The translations under genes and the position numbers were made by a program. A stretch of DNA of 63,718 nt, from the NCBI GenBank assembly GCA_011390065.1, contig JAABTD010000007.1, positions 1-63,718 of the forward strand. The letters are read 5' to 3'. Under the pieces are notes generated by a model. It ran no database searches. It saw only the letters and a list, made by a program, of their open reading frames with translations, and was not told where the DNA came from. How positions within the stretch are numbered: position 1 is the stretch's first letter; each line of letters opens with the position of its first letter. This DNA is from Desulfobacteraceae bacterium. GTDB taxonomy: Bacteria > Desulfobacterota > Desulfobacteria > Desulfobacterales > JAABSP01. This document shows positions 33,814-43,408 of the stretch, one piece after another.

Positions 33814-34865
33814 TTATCGCCGACCCTCCTCAACGCCAGCCCCAAACATATGGCCGCCTGGGGGGCGATTCTGTCGAGGTCCAGAGGATCGAAATCCCCT
33901 CCCACGCTTATATTTTCGAAAGGATTGATGATTTCAACATGGGAAGACGTTTCTTCAGCCAAAAGATCCCTGAACCGTTTGATGTTGGCGCCGCCGCCGC
34001 TTAAAATGATCTTCCGGATCGTCTCTCCCGGATAAGTGGAATAAAAAAAATCCAGAGCACGACGAATTTCCGTACACCAATCCGTCACCACGGCGGTTAC
34101 GATCTCCATCAGGTCCTTTGCCGCCATTGCGCCCGAATCCCCGCTGTGGTACAAATGCTCGGCCTCTTCCAGTGAGCAGCCGATCTGGGAAACGATCTGC
34201 TGATTGATCTGACCGCATCCCAGGGAGACATCCCGGACCAACACCGATAGATCCCCTTTTAATATATTGAGCGTCGTTTTGGCTGCGCCCACGTCGATCA
34301 ACGCGACGTTGTCGTTTTCCGGCTCATAGTTGACGTCGTAAATGTTCTGCAGAGCGAATGCATCCACATCGATGACCTTGGGCGTTAAATCCGCCAACTG
34401 GATGAGGCTTTCATATTCGCTGATGACTTCTTTTTTCGCGGCCACAAGCATGACGTTCATCTGGTTGGGATTGTCTTCCAACTCTCCCAGTATCTGAAAA
34501 TCCAGGTTGACATCGCTGATATCGAAAGGAATATACTGTTCGGCTTCAAAATGGATCGTCTCCTGCAATTGATCTTGCGGCATGGATTGCACAACGATCG
34601 GCTTGACAATAATGGAATACCCTCCGATGGATATGGCGACGTTTTTTTCTTTGACTTTATACATTTTGAAAAGCTGCCGGATGTACCGTGCGATTTCCGT
34701 GGGCTCCTTGATGGTCCCGTCTTCAATCAGTTCCGCGGGGATGTCGAGCATTCCGAATTTTTTGAGCCGATATCCTTGCTTTTCATGTTCGATTTCACCA
34801 AGTTTCAAGGTCCTTGAACCGATATCCAGACCGACGATGCTTTGCTTTTTCTTACGGAATATCAC
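33810..34865 (-). CDS. pilM: Type IV pilus assembly protein PilM
   Basis: VGLDIGS, EAEQYIPF, VMLVAAKK, VDVDAFAL, IDVGA and LSGGGA actin-like motifs; GTG 34865 is the likely start. Confidence 0.95.
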   Translation of the reverse strand: MIFRKKKQSIVGLDIGSRTLKLGEIEHEKQGYRLKKFGMLDIPAELIEDGTIKEPTEIARYIRQLFKMYKVKEKNVAISIGGYSIIVKPIVVQSMPQDQLQETIHFEAEQYIPFDISDVNLDFQILGELEDNPNQMNVMLVAAKKEVISEYESLIQLADLTPKVIDVDAFALQNIYDVNYEPENDNVALIDVGAAKTTLNILKGDLSVLVRDVSLGCGQINQQIVSQIGCSLEEAEHLYHSGDSGAMAAKDLMEIVTAVVTDWCTEIRRALDFFYSTYPGETIRKIILSGGGANIKRFRDLLAEETSSHVEIINPFENISVGGDFDPLDLDRIAPQAAICLGLALRRVGDK

Positions 34866-34999
34866 GATAGGCTCTTTGTGGGATTGACATTGGGTTTGCT
34901 CCATGTGCGCTTCCACATGCAACGGCGACTAACGGGTGGCAAGCGAGCGTCGAAATGCGGAAACGGACTGTGATGGCCATTTATAAAATGACGTTTTCT

Positions 35000-35028
35000 T
35001 TTTACCAGCTTATGTGATATAGTGTCAA
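35000..35028 (-). promoter_or_regulatory. Possible sigma70 promoter for pilMNOPQ
   Basis: TTGACA on the minus strand (35023-35028) with TAAAAA 18 nt downstream. Confidence 0.35.
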
Positions 35029-35290
35029 CGGAAATAACGTCTTTTTAGACTTCTGGTTTATCTGCCGCGCCATCGGGTCTGCATCCTAAAAACCGCTGCA
35101 TGATCTTCCCGGCTCTTTTCTCTCTAAGGCGGTTATTCCACAGGCCGGTCAAAACGGTCAATAGGTTTAAGCAGGTATTGAAAGGTAGAGATATCCTACC
35201 CCAAGGCAAGTCTGTTTTCCAGCCGGGAATAGAGTCAATGTTCCCGGCTGGTCTGCTTTTCAGGATAGAGAATAATTGATGGCAGTTCAA

Positions 35291-36709
35291 ATGAGCGAAG
35301 AAAAAGTCAAACCATTCAGACTGGTCAAATATTTCACTTACAGCAGCCTTATTGTCATTTTCCTGGGAACGCTGGTCCTCTCGCTGATGAACACCCACTG
35401 GGCCAGAGCCATGCAGTTGAAAAAAAGCGAGGAATATGCGCTGTTGCTGGTTGAAAACTTGAATCATCAAGTATTTCTGCAATTTATTATTCCGATAGCC
35501 CTGAAATTCGGTAAAATTCAACTTCGCAACAAAGAACAGTTCGAGCGAATGGACAAGGTGGTGCGCAGTACGCTTCACAGCTTCAAAGTGGACATGGTCA
35601 ATATATATGATATGAATCATATTATTTCTTACAGTTTTGATCAAGAAAAAATCGGCAAAGAAAACCTCGGCGGCGCCAGTTATGACAAGGCCCTTTCCGG
35701 AAATCCCACTTCCAAATTAATTCAGCGGGGCAATTTCTGGCAGCTTGTCCTGGGATATCCTCAGAAAAGTAAAATCGTCACCTTTGCTCCTCTGCGCGCC
35801 GAAAAACCCCTGTCCACGATCTCCGGGCCGGTGTTGGGGGTCGTTGAAATCATTCAGGACTTATCAAAGGATTATAAAGCCATCGTCCGGTTCCAGATCC
35901 GGGTCATCCTCACCTGCACCGCTGTCATGGGCCTTCTTTTTCTGGTGTTGATTTTCGTGGTCAAGCGCGGAGAGAGCATCATTCACCACCGCAATATCGA
36001 AAGAATCCGCTTAAAGGAGCAATTAAATCGAGCCCAGCGGCTCTCGGCTTTAGGCGAAATGATCGCCGGAATCTCCCATGAAATTCGAAATCCTCTTGGA
36101 ATCATAAGGAGTTCCGCAGAACTGCTGAAGAAAAAAATGGCGGCCGTCGACCCCTCAAACGCCTTCCCCAACATTATCGTGGAAGAGGCCACCCGGTTGA
36201 ATCTCATCATCACCGATTTTCTCGAGTACGCAAAACCCAAAGCCCCTCAGATGACAGTCTGCCGCCTCCAGCGGATTCTCGAAAAGAGCATCGCCTTTTT
36301 ATCAGGACAATTCCAGCAGACCGGCCATGAAATCGAATCGTCCTACGAAAAAGATCTGCCTGAAATCATGATGGATTTCGATATGATGCATCAGGCGTTT
36401 CTCAACATCCTCATCAATGCAATGCAGGCCATGCCGGAAGGAGGCAAAATCCGGATTGATGCTCGTTCCAATGGGGACGCCGCGGTGATCTCCTTCGAGG
36501 ATGAAGGAAAAGGGATTCCAGAATCGGCTCTGGCTCAGGTCTGGGACCCATTTTTTACCACCAAGGAAACCGGGACGGGTCTGGGTCTGGGAATTGTAAA
36601 AAATATCGTTGAAGCGCACGGCGGCAGCGTCGACATCCGGAACGGACCCCAAGGGGGCGCTGTAGTGACCATCCGCCTGCCGTTTATCGTCCCGAAATCC
36701 GAAACCTGA
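35291..36709 (+). CDS. Membrane sensor histidine kinase
   Basis: Two TM helices flanking a sensor domain; H-box SHEIRNPL, N-box NILINA, DEGKG, PFFTTKE and GTGLGL. Confidence 0.93.
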   Translation: MSEEKVKPFRLVKYFTYSSLIVIFLGTLVLSLMNTHWARAMQLKKSEEYALLLVENLNHQVFLQFIIPIALKFGKIQLRNKEQFERMDKVVRSTLHSFKVDMVNIYDMNHIISYSFDQEKIGKENLGGASYDKALSGNPTSKLIQRGNFWQLVLGYPQKSKIVTFAPLRAEKPLSTISGPVLGVVEIIQDLSKDYKAIVRFQIRVILTCTAVMGLLFLVLIFVVKRGESIIHHRNIERIRLKEQLNRAQRLSALGEMIAGISHEIRNPLGIIRSSAELLKKKMAAVDPSNAFPNIIVEEATRLNLIITDFLEYAKPKAPQMTVCRLQRILEKSIAFLSGQFQQTGHEIESSYEKDLPEIMMDFDMMHQAFLNILINAMQAMPEGGKIRIDARSNGDAAVISFEDEGKGIPESALAQVWDPFFTTKETGTGLGLGIVKNIVEAHGGSVDIRNGPQGGAVVTIRLPFIVPKSET

Positions 36710-36724
36710 AATAATCAGAGCGCA

Positions 36725-38116
36725 ATGGATACCATTCTCATCGTCGATGACGAAAAAAACTATACCGTGATTTTAAGCGCGGTTCTGGAAGAGGAAGGCT
36801 ATGAAACACTTACGGCCAACAGCGGTCGCGAAGCCCTGGAAATTCTGAAAAACTGCGATGTGGACCTGGTGCTCACAGACATGAAGATGCCCTCTTTGGA
36901 CGGCATGGAACTGCTGGAGCGGGTCAAGGACAAAGATCCTGATTTGCCGGTGATCATGATGACGGCTTATGGCACGGTCGAAAAGGCCGTGGAAGCGATG
37001 CAGAAAGGGGCTTACAACTACATTCTCAAGCCGTTCGACAATGAAAGCCTGATCGTGTATGTAAGCAGGGCCGTGGCCATGTACCGGATGATAAAGGAAA
37101 ACCGCCGTCTGAAGGATGCTGTCGAGTATCGCTACAGTTTCGGCAATATCATCGGGAAAAGCAAGCCGATGCAGGCGGTTTTCCAGACCATTCGCAAGAT
37201 CGCGCCCTCCAACGCCACGGTTCTGATCGAAGGGGAAAACGGCACCGGGAAAGAGCTGGTTGCGAAATCGATCCACTTCAACAGCCCGAGGCGGGACAAT
37301 GCCTTTATCGCGGTCAACTGCGCGGCCCTGTCTGAAAGTCTTCTGGAAAGCGAACTCTTCGGTCACGAAAAAGGGGCTTTCACCGGCGCCGTGGCCATGA
37401 AAAAAGGGCGGTTTGAACTTGCAGACAGCGGAACCTTGTTTCTGGACGAAATCGGGGAAATCTCGCCGCAGTTGCAGGTCAAGCTGTTGCGGGTGCTTCA
37501 GGAAAAAATTTTCGAACGGGTGGGCGGCGTGAAACCGATTTCCGTGGATATCCGCATCATCGCCGCCACCAACAAGGAGTTGAAAAAGGAGGTGGACGCC
37601 GGCCGCTTCCGGGAGGATCTCTTCTACCGACTCAACGTGCTCCACATCGTACTGCCGCCTCTCCGGGATCGCAGTGAGGACATTCGGCTTCTGGCGAATC
37701 ACTTCATCGACAAATACGCGGGGGAGCGAGAATCGGATGTCAAGGTCACCGGCATTGCACAGGAGGCCGAACGATTGTTCTATGAATACGAGTGGCCCGG
37801 CAATGTCCGGGAACTGGAAAATGTGATCGAGCGGGCCGTTATTCTCTGCCCGGGCGATAAAATCCGGGTCGATGATCTTCCCAAAAACTTCAAGAAAAGC
37901 GCCGACAGCACACTGCAGATCGAAGGGGTGCCGCCCGATGCAAAACTCAACAAGACGCTGGCCCTGGTAGAAAAGAAAATGATCGAACGGGCATTGCGGC
38001 TCAGCGGCAACGTGCAGGCCCATGCCGCACAGTTGCTGGGCATCGGAAAAAGCGGGCTCAATCAGAAGATCAAGAAACACCGGCTTGATGTGGGGCCGAA
38101 AAACGCTGCCCCCTAG
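36725..38116 (+). CDS. Sigma54-dependent (NtrC/AtoC-type) response regulator
   Basis: Receiver (VDDE, DMKMP), [39 protein letters not shown] and a Fis-type HTH. Confidence 0.95.
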   Translation: MDTILIVDDEKNYTVILSAVLEEEGYETLTANSGREALEILKNCDVDLVLTDMKMPSLDGMELLERVKDKDPDLPVIMMTAYGTVEKAVEAMQKGAYNYILKPFDNESLIVYVSRAVAMYRMIKENRRLKDAVEYRYSFGNIIGKSKPMQAVFQTIRKIAPSNATVLIEGENGTGKELVAKSIHFNSPRRDNAFIAVNCAALSESLLESELFGHEKGAFTGAVAMKKGRFELADSGTLFLDEIGEISPQLQVKLLRVLQEKIFERVGGVKPISVDIRIIAATNKELKKEVDAGRFREDLFYRLNVLHIVLPPLRDRSEDIRLLANHFIDKYAGERESDVKVTGIAQEAERLFYEYEWPGNVRELENVIERAVILCPGDKIRVDDLPKNFKKSADSTLQIEGVPPDAKLNKTLALVEKKMIERALRLSGNVQAHAAQLLGIGKSGLNQKIKKHRLDVGPKNAAP

Positions 38117-38802
38117 CCGGCAAGCTGCTCTTTCACCAGATCCGCATAAATGGAATCCGCATAGTCCGAAACGATGGTCTCATAAGCTTTCCGGCTCTTT
38201 TCCGCATTGTCCAGGAGATTGTAAATCCGACCCAAATTGAAATAGGCCTCACTTTTCAGGACCGGGCTTTCGCCGGCAACAATACGCTCGAAATAAAGGA
38301 CTGATTTTTCATGGGCGTTCTGCTGTTCACAGGCATACCCGAGACCACTCAGCACCAGATTTTCCAGGGCAGGGTCGCCCTTGAACGAGGGCAGCGCCGT
38401 CTCGTACAGACGCACCGCCCGGTCCGATTCTCCCGCCTCATAGGCGATATGCGCGTACATCACCCGGCCCAGCTTTCCCGCTTCGGTGTTGCCGTAGTCC
38501 GCCAGAAGATCCTGGAAGTCGCGGTCGACTTCGTTATAGGCTTTGACCGGATCTGTATCCTCGAGTGCGACTTCGTAACGACTCCATGCCTCGGAAAACA
38601 GGGCGGACGCCCTGTTTTCTGATCGGTAGCCGACGTATTGCACCGCCGCAAAGACAATCAGCAATAGCAATATGCCACTGAAAATACCGATAAGCGTCTT
38701 TTTATTGGCCATCGCATAGTTGAACATTTTGCTCGAAAAGGTCAAGAACTCATCCGGTTCCTTGAGCAGCTGTTTTCGGGTAACCTTTTTATTTTTCGCC
38801 AC
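38113..38802 (-). CDS. YfgM-like membrane-anchored TPR protein
   Basis: KQLLKEPDEF N-terminus, one TM, TPR helices; GTG start 38802. Confidence 0.75.
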   Translation of the reverse strand: MAKNKKVTRKQLLKEPDEFLTFSSKMFNYAMANKKTLIGIFSGILLLLIVFAAVQYVGYRSENRASALFSEAWSRYEVALEDTDPVKAYNEVDRDFQDLLADYGNTEAGKLGRVMYAHIAYEAGESDRAVRLYETALPSFKGDPALENLVLSGLGYACEQQNAHEKSVLYFERIVAGESPVLKSEAYFNLGRIYNLLDNAEKSRKAYETIVSDYADSIYADLVKEQLAG

Positions 38803-38862
38803 GAGCACTCCTTTATGAATTATCAATCAATATAGCGTTTTATATCTATGCCTGCATCTTCC

Positions 38863-39300
38863 CTACCAGATGAGCATTTCATGTATCCATCCTTTATCGC
38901 CGTCGGCGTGCTGGATATGGATCCAGTTGCCTTTCCGTTCCAGCACCTTGAAGGGGACCCCGCGTTCCACGGTAAAGACGATATCGGTGTCTGTTCCGGG
39001 CCCAGACCGGACGTTGCATTTGTCCTTAACCACAATCACCGAGGGCATCTTTTTGACCAAGTTGTCGTACACCCAGCCCTTGTCCCCTTCAAAATCCTGA
39101 AAATAGAACCAGTCGCCCGATTTTCGGATCACTTCAAGGGGATGATGCCGCTCCACTTTCCAAAGGATATCGTAATTGGTGCCGGGACCGGACCGGATAT
39201 TGGCGGTGGGGACGTCAACAGTGATCCGCTGGGCCGATACCGCGCCAACGCCGACAAAAAGCAGCAGGACTGACAGCAAACAATGTTTTACCATGATCAA
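38863..39300 (-). CDS. Secreted tandem bacterial SH3-domain protein
   Basis: Signal peptide plus two ANIRSGPGT / CNVRSGPGT...GDKGW repeats. Confidence 0.88.
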   Translation of the reverse strand: MIMVKHCLLSVLLLFVGVGAVSAQRITVDVPTANIRSGPGTNYDILWKVERHHPLEVIRKSGDWFYFQDFEGDKGWVYDNLVKKMPSVIVVKDKCNVRSGPGTDTDIVFTVERGVPFKVLERKGNWIHIQHADGDKGWIHEMLIW

Positions 39301-39314
39301 CCTCCTTCACAATC

Positions 39315-39356
39315 GAAATTTGCGTCCATGATAGGGGATGGGCGCGCAAATTTCAA
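39315..39356 (-). promoter_or_regulatory. Sigma70 promoter embedded in a 10-bp inverted repeat
   Basis: TTGAAA, 17 nt, TATCAT on the minus strand; GAAATTTGCG (39315-39324) and CGCAAATTTC (39345-39354). Confidence 0.55.
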
Positions 39357-39368
39357 GGGTGAGATCGA

Positions 39369-40001
39369 CTATGAAAAATAGAATTCGATTTCAGGCAATT
39401 TAACGCAAGTCAACTTGTTGCCGTACACCGCACCGGTATCGATCCCGATTTTGTTGGGCGCCACCAGCGGATGAGTGAACGGGGTATGACCGAAGATCAC
39501 CCGTTTTCCGAAATCATTCTCGGACTGGACGAAGGGACCGCGGATCCACAACAGGTCGTCGGGTCCCTGCATGTCGAGCGGGATCTTGTCCCTCAGTCCC
39601 GCATGGACGAAGATATAATGTTCCGTCTCATGGTAAAGCCCCAGCGAGCTGAAAAACGCCATATGCGCCTGGGGGATGGGAAAGGACGCTTCTCCATGAT
39701 GCCGCATATAACTTTCCAGGGTCTGACTGCCGCCGTTGACAAGATAGGTGAATTTATCGAAATCGGTCAGGTAAGACGCCAGCATCTCCTCATGGTTCCC
39801 TTTGAGAAAAACAACGTTGGGATGCCGCGCTTTCAATCCCATCAGATAGGTCACCACCTCGCAAACCTTCGGTCCCCGATCGATGTAGTCGCCCAGAAAC
39901 ACCAGGGTGTCCTTTTCCAGGTTGATATCAATCCGGTCCATCAGGTCCATCAGCTTGTCATAGCAGCCGTGGACATCTCCTATGGCGTAGATGCGTTCCA
40001 T
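39369..40001 (-). CDS. Calcineurin-like metallophosphoesterase (PphA/ApaH-like)
   Basis: GDVHG, LGDYIDRGP, GNHE, VHAG, GHTP and IDTGA motifs. Confidence 0.92.
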   Translation of the reverse strand: MERIYAIGDVHGCYDKLMDLMDRIDINLEKDTLVFLGDYIDRGPKVCEVVTYLMGLKARHPNVVFLKGNHEEMLASYLTDFDKFTYLVNGGSQTLESYMRHHGEASFPIPQAHMAFFSSLGLYHETEHYIFVHAGLRDKIPLDMQGPDDLLWIRGPFVQSENDFGKRVIFGHTPFTHPLVAPNKIGIDTGAVYGNKLTCVKLPEIEFYFS

Positions 40002-40937
40002 TTAACCCGACATGAACACCCGCCGCCGCTGGTCCAGGCGATGGAGGCCCTCTTCCTTTGCCGCGGAAAGCGCCGCCTGGATATCGGCTTTGGATGGATA
40101 GCCGGCCAGTTCCGGAAACTCCCGGGCCCGACCACAGGGGCGGTATTGCGGCATGATGTTGACATAGGTATCCCCGGAAATCTCCCGGGCCAGAAACCGC
40201 ATGATCTCCCGGGTTCCCGCGATCCCGCCGGGCAGCGCCAGATGACGCACCAAGAGTCCCCGGCGGGCCAGTCCATCGTCCCCGATATCGAGATCCCCCA
40301 CCTGCCGGTGCATCTCGCGAATGGCTTCTTTGACCGCCTGCGGGTAATCCGGCGCATCGCAGGTTTTAGCCGCAAGCGTTTCATTCCAAAACTTGAAATC
40401 AGGCATGTAGATATCGACGATGCCGTCCAGCAGCTTCAGGGTATCGACGCTGTCGTAGCCGCCGGAATTATAGACCAAAGGCGCCCGCAGTCCCCCTTGT
40501 ACAGCCGTCTCAAGCGCCGAAAGGATCTGGGCGACGACATGGGAGGGCGAGACAAAATTGATGTTGTGGCAGCCCATTTCCTGGAGCCGGATCATCATCC
40601 GCCCCAACTCTGCATCGGAAACGGCCCGCCCTGCGCCGCCGTGGCTGATATCCCAGTTCTGACAGAAAACGCACATCAGGTTGCAGTGGGTGAAAAAAAT
40701 GGTCCCCGATCCTCCGGTCCCCACCAGGGGCGCCTCTTCGCCGAAATGGGGATCATAGCTGGCCACCCAAGCCGATCGGCCGGTCTGACAGACGCCGGTC
40801 TCTCCGGCCAGGCGATCCACCCCGCATCGCCGGGGGCACAGGGTGCAGGCCTTCAAGGACGCCATGGCCTCTTCGGCTCTCCGCGACAGCTCCCCGCTGC
40901 TATAAGCTTCCAGATACGCCGGTTGAAATTCAGCCAT
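40002..40937 (-). CDS. Radical SAM protein, PflX-like
   Basis: CTLCPRRC, HFGEEAPLVG..GSGTIFF, CNLMCVFCQN, YMPDFKF and VRHL.LPG motifs; start moved to ATG 40937. Confidence 0.88.
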   Translation of the reverse strand: MAEFQPAYLEAYSSGELSRRAEEAMASLKACTLCPRRCGVDRLAGETGVCQTGRSAWVASYDPHFGEEAPLVGTGGSGTIFFTHCNLMCVFCQNWDISHGGAGRAVSDAELGRMMIRLQEMGCHNINFVSPSHVVAQILSALETAVQGGLRAPLVYNSGGYDSVDTLKLLDGIVDIYMPDFKFWNETLAAKTCDAPDYPQAVKEAIREMHRQVGDLDIGDDGLARRGLLVRHLALPGGIAGTREIMRFLAREISGDTYVNIMPQYRPCGRAREFPELAGYPSKADIQAALSAAKEEGLHRLDQRRRVFMSG

Positions 40938-40959
40938 TTCCCATCTTTCTCCCCGGTCT

Positions 40960-43137
40960 TCAGACGCCGTAACCCAGCAACTGTCCCGTCTGGTAAACAC
41001 AGAAAGACGCCACCCATGCCAAGGTCGTGCTGTAAACGATATTGAAAACCATCCATCCCGAAGACCCGGTTTCCCGTCGAATGGCAGCCACTGTAGCCAG
41101 GCAGGGGACGTACAACAGGATGAAAATCATCATGGACAGGGCCGACAACGGCGTCATGCCCGTGGTTTTCAATGTTTCCTTGAGCACCTCGCGGCCCTCG
41201 TCCACGGCATGGAGGATGCCCAGGGTGCTCACCACGATCTCCTTGGCCACGAACCCGGTCACGATGGCCACGCTGCCCCGCCAGTCAATCCCCAAGGGTT
41301 CAAACACGGGCGCCAGGAATTTCCCGAGTCGTCCCATATACGATTTTTCGGCATGCTCCGCCTGCCGGGCCCGCTGCAGATCCTCGATGCGCTCTTTCCG
41401 CTCCCGCAGAATCGGATCTCGTTCTCCGGGCTCTGCGTTCGCCAGCGTTGTCCCATAGGCCGCCTTCAAGGCTTCGATGCGGCCGCTGTAATCCATATCG
41501 TAATCGATATTGCGGGGAAACGCCGACAGCCCCCACACCACCATCGAACCCACTAGGATCACGCCGGTCATCTTTTTTAAAAACATCTTGCTGCGGTCCC
41601 ACATGTGAATCACCAGGCTTTTGAACGTGGGCGCCCGATAGGGCGGCAGTTCCATGACAAAAGGCGCATCGGCGCCCCGCAGCAAAACGGTTCGAAATAA
41701 CCGGCCTGTGATGATGGAAAGAACGATTCCCGTCATATAGATGCCAAAAATGACCGTGCCGGCCCGGGCCCCGAAAAAAGCCCCCGCCAGGATGATATAG
41801 ACCGGAAGCTTCGCCGAACAGGACATGAAGGGCGTGATGAGAATCGTGAGAATCCGGTCTTTTTCGCTTTCCAGGGTGCGGGCGGCCATCACCGCCGGCA
41901 CGTTGCACCCGAACCCCATGAGCATGGGAATGAACGATTTGCCGTGGAGTCCGATCAGGTGCATGATCTTGTCCATGAGAAACGCGGCCCGGGCCATGTA
42001 TCCGGTATCTTCGAAAATGGCGATGAAGAAAAACAGAATCAGGATATTGGGGAGAAAGACGATCACGGACCCCACGCCGGCGATCACGCCATCCAGCACA
42101 AACGCCCTCAGGATGCCCTCCGGCAGGATGGCGCCAAGAAGGCGCGACAGCAGTCCCACCCCGGATTCGATCCATTCCATGGGGTAGGCCCCGACCGTGA
42201 ACGTCACCTGAAACATCATCCAGATGAAAAAGATAAAGATCGGGAACCCCACAAATCGATTGGTCAGCACCAGATCGATATTGCGGGACATGTCCACCCT
42301 TCGCCGGGTGGAGGTGGTCACCACTTCCTTGATGATGCCCGCGATGAAGCCGTACCGCTCGTCGGTCATGACGATCTCCGGATCATCGTCGTACAGCTCC
42401 CGGAGGGTGAGACGCTCCTGAGCCACGGCCGTCATCAGATCGGCGGCGCGATCCCCTGTCGCGTCGGCAACGCGGTCCCGGACCACCGAATCGTTTTCCA
42501 GCAGCTTGATGGCCGTCCACCGCGGATTGTAGGGACCATCGCCGACAACGTCGGACAACCGCCGGCGGACCCGGTCGATGGCGATTTCGATGTCCTTGGT
42601 GTACTTCACTCGGCGGCGCCGGGAGATCTCCGTAGGGGATTCCGCCAGTTCGATGGCCTTTTTCAGAAGATCGTCGATCCCCTCGTTGCGATTGCCCACG
42701 GTAAAAACCACCGGCAGGTCCAGGAGTTCCGACAGCTTGTCGGCATCGATCTTGATGCCCCGTTCCCGGGCCAGATCGGCCATGTTGAGTGCGAACAACA
42801 CCCGGCAGTCCAGTTCCCGCAACTGGGTGGCCAGATAAAGGCTTCGCTCCAGGTTGGACGCGTCGATGATGTCGATGACCACATCCGGCGTCGATTCGAG
42901 GATAAAATCACGGGCTACGATCTCTTCGATGGAAAAAGGCGTCAGGCTGTAGGTGCCCGGCAGATCGATAATCCGGAGTTCGTATCCATATTTGTGGATC
43001 GTCCCCTCTTTTTTCTCCACCGTGACGCCCGGCCAGTTGCCCACCTTTTGGCGAGTACCGGTAATGTGGTTGAAAATAGTGGTCTTGCCGGAGTTGGGGT
43101 TGCCGGCCAGAGCAATGGAAAGACAATTGGGCGCCAT
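40960..43137 (-). CDS. feoB: Ferrous iron transporter FeoB
   Basis: GNPNSGKT, GNWPGVT and DLPGTYS G-domain; GFGCNVPA, PFMSCSAKLP, MELPPY and YVPCLA membrane motifs. Confidence 0.97.
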   Translation of the reverse strand: MAPNCLSIALAGNPNSGKTTIFNHITGTRQKVGNWPGVTVEKKEGTIHKYGYELRIIDLPGTYSLTPFSIEEIVARDFILESTPDVVIDIIDASNLERSLYLATQLRELDCRVLFALNMADLARERGIKIDADKLSELLDLPVVFTVGNRNEGIDDLLKKAIELAESPTEISRRRRVKYTKDIEIAIDRVRRRLSDVVGDGPYNPRWTAIKLLENDSVVRDRVADATGDRAADLMTAVAQERLTLRELYDDDPEIVMTDERYGFIAGIIKEVVTTSTRRRVDMSRNIDLVLTNRFVGFPIFIFFIWMMFQVTFTVGAYPMEWIESGVGLLSRLLGAILPEGILRAFVLDGVIAGVGSVIVFLPNILILFFFIAIFEDTGYMARAAFLMDKIMHLIGLHGKSFIPMLMGFGCNVPAVMAARTLESEKDRILTILITPFMSCSAKLPVYIILAGAFFGARAGTVIFGIYMTGIVLSIITGRLFRTVLLRGADAPFVMELPPYRAPTFKSLVIHMWDRSKMFLKKMTGVILVGSMVVWGLSAFPRNIDYDMDYSGRIEALKAAYGTTLANAEPGERDPILRERKERIEDLQRARQAEHAEKSYMGRLGKFLAPVFEPLGIDWRGSVAIVTGFVAKEIVVSTLGILHAVDEGREVLKETLKTTGMTPLSALSMMIFILLYVPCLATVAAIRRETGSSGWMVFNIVYSTTLAWVASFCVYQTGQLLGYGV

Positions 43138-43147
43138 GCGAGAAATG

Positions 43148-43408
43148 CTATCTGACCTGATCCACGGTGATCTGTTCGGCTTCCGCCACCCGGAGAGAGA
43201 CGTGGTATCCTTTGACGATCAGTTCCATGGGATCCCGAAGCGGGGCGTATTTTTCCACATAGACCTCTGTTCCTTTGACAATGCCCATCTCCAGTATCCG
43301 CCGACGCAGAGGGCCGTTGCCGCCCACCCGGACAACCCGAGCGGTCCGGGACTCCTTCACGTCGCTGAGCCGGACCGGTTTTTCCACCGCTTCGTCTGTA
43401 CAATTCAC
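43148..43408 (-). CDS. feoA: Ferrous iron transport protein FeoA
   Basis: RRILEMGIVKG...APLRDP...KGY.VSLR motifs. Confidence 0.93.
   Translation of the reverse strand: MNCTDEAVEKPVRLSDVKESRTARVVRVGGNGPLRRRILEMGIVKGTEVYVEKYAPLRDPMELIVKGYHVSLRVAEAEQITVDQVR

Noticed and set aside
35045-35644. 199-aa minus-strand ORF upstream of pilM
   Set aside because: It is mostly antisense to the histidine kinase and has no motifs.
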